The translations under genes and the position numbers were made by a program. From positions 17,732,001-17,796,000 of the forward strand of contig NC_047015.1 in the NCBI RefSeq assembly GCF_902652985.1: a stretch of 64,000 bases of DNA, read 5' to 3'. This stretch comes from Pecten maximus. Its lineage: Eukaryota. The notes beneath the pieces are model-generated. The model was not told where the DNA came from, made no database searches, and was given only the letters and a program-made list of their open reading frames with translations. The stretch's first letter is position 1. Each line of letters begins with the position of its first letter. Positions 62,581 through 64,000 of the stretch are shown here, one piece after another.

Positions 62581-64000
62581 CTGTAACATTTTGCTGCCAG
62601 TTGAATAATTCCTGTTTGCAAAGTAGACTTGTAAAAACATGACTACTTGGACACTCCAATGTAGTCAAAACTTTGATTTCAATTCATAATTTAAAACACA
62701 TCCACTATCTAACGATGCTATGATTCATTTTTGTTATTGTATTTTTGATGACAGAGATTAATAAATAAAATTTGTATTAGTTATCCCTTCCTAGTATAAT
62801 AAATGCACATTTTCTGCTTCTCCTCGACGTAACTTAACATACACGCCTTAGTTTCTGGACGCAGAAAACATGTTTTAACTATTCCTATTCGACTTTATGA
62901 AATGCAGATTCCCCTACAATGTTTGTATCGTACAGAAAAGTAACAAGAGGTTTGGAAATGTATTCCGTTACTCCGACGTGTACCCGAATAATTTTCCCGT
63001 TGAACCGAATCTAATCTTGAAAGGTGAATTACTGACGTCACAGCGGACAGTACCCGTGGAAGCTGTCTGGCGGAATGTTCATGGACAGTCTCCAGTGTCC
63101 TACTGGAGGGAGTCTACTTTGGAACCATCCGGAACCTTCTTCCATGACGTGGAGGTTAGAGGCAAGTGATTTAATTCAACATCTCTCAAGTAACTCAATA
63201 TTTCTGTGTTTATTTCTTACGGTAGTTTAGATTTAATAATTAAAAAATCTCAAGTACTATAATTAACAATATATTATTATATTGTCGATTTATGATGTAT
63301 TCGTAAATCCTTTTTTGATAAAAGTTGGAAAGAAATCGTTAAACACTGATTGACCTCTGTTATGTTCAAGGTTTTAGAATACGAATCACTTAGAATTTTG
63401 ATAGTTTTTAATTTCTTAGTGAGTAAAACAGTCCACTATTTTGTGTCTGGTAATATTACTGTATTTTGATTCAGTGTCTGGTAATATTACGGTATTTTGA
63501 TTTAAACATATTTTATTACATCTATAGTTTACACAATATTTTATTCAATACTCAAAAAACATATAGATATTTGGTATGGGATGGGAAAACAAGCTTAGAG
63601 CTTATATTATTTGTTATATACAAGAGAATTCAGCACAATTTATCCAGCGTATACTATTACTGTAACTAGTGTTTAAATGAATTGAAACTGAAATGTATGA
63701 TCAATTAAAGTTTGTGAAAAAAACAACAGTTTTGAATATATATTTAATTCATATCATATCCGTGTTGGAACTGACTTTACTGTTTATTTCTGGTTTATAC
63801 AGTCTAAGATTACACACGCCTGTAAAAATGCAAGTAAATGACTTATCTTTTAAAATTTAAAACTATAAACTATTTATTGGTAATAATGATGATATAACGA
63901 ACTGAGAGGACGAAATACATGGAAATGTCGAGGAAAAAGCATTTATCACGATAATAAAACATAAAAAAAACCATGATAGTTGTTATGTTACTGAGTCAAT

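Overview
Eukaryotic genomic DNA from a protostome, most likely a lophotrochozoan. A bivalve mollusc such as a scallop is my best guess, inferred from the bantam sequence variant, the SINE/LINE types and the extreme minisatellite density. Two real genes are visible. (1) A complete three-exon SoxE (Sox8/9/10 group, 'Sox9-like') transcription factor on the minus strand: CDS 62206-61821, 54671-54328 and 53759-53077, 470 aa, with a recognisable proximal promoter and an approximately 1.1 kb 3'UTR. (2) A bantam microRNA hairpin on the plus strand (8916-8986), which the ORF track cannot show. The two genes are convergent and about 43 kb apart, and the SoxE 3'UTR carries a bantam seed match plus paired miR-9 and miR-124 seed matches. 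Between them is a coding desert, roughly two-thirds filled by more than 20 distinct tandem-repeat arrays with 13-87 bp units. Several neighbouring arrays derive from one another, and two pairs are inverted with palindromic junctions. A CR1/L2 LINE fragment, tRNA-derived SINE remnants and small non-autonomous DNA elements are also present. Almost all long ORFs in the track are tandem-repeat artefacts. No CRISPR or prokaryotic features were found. Array boundaries and copy numbers are estimated by eye.
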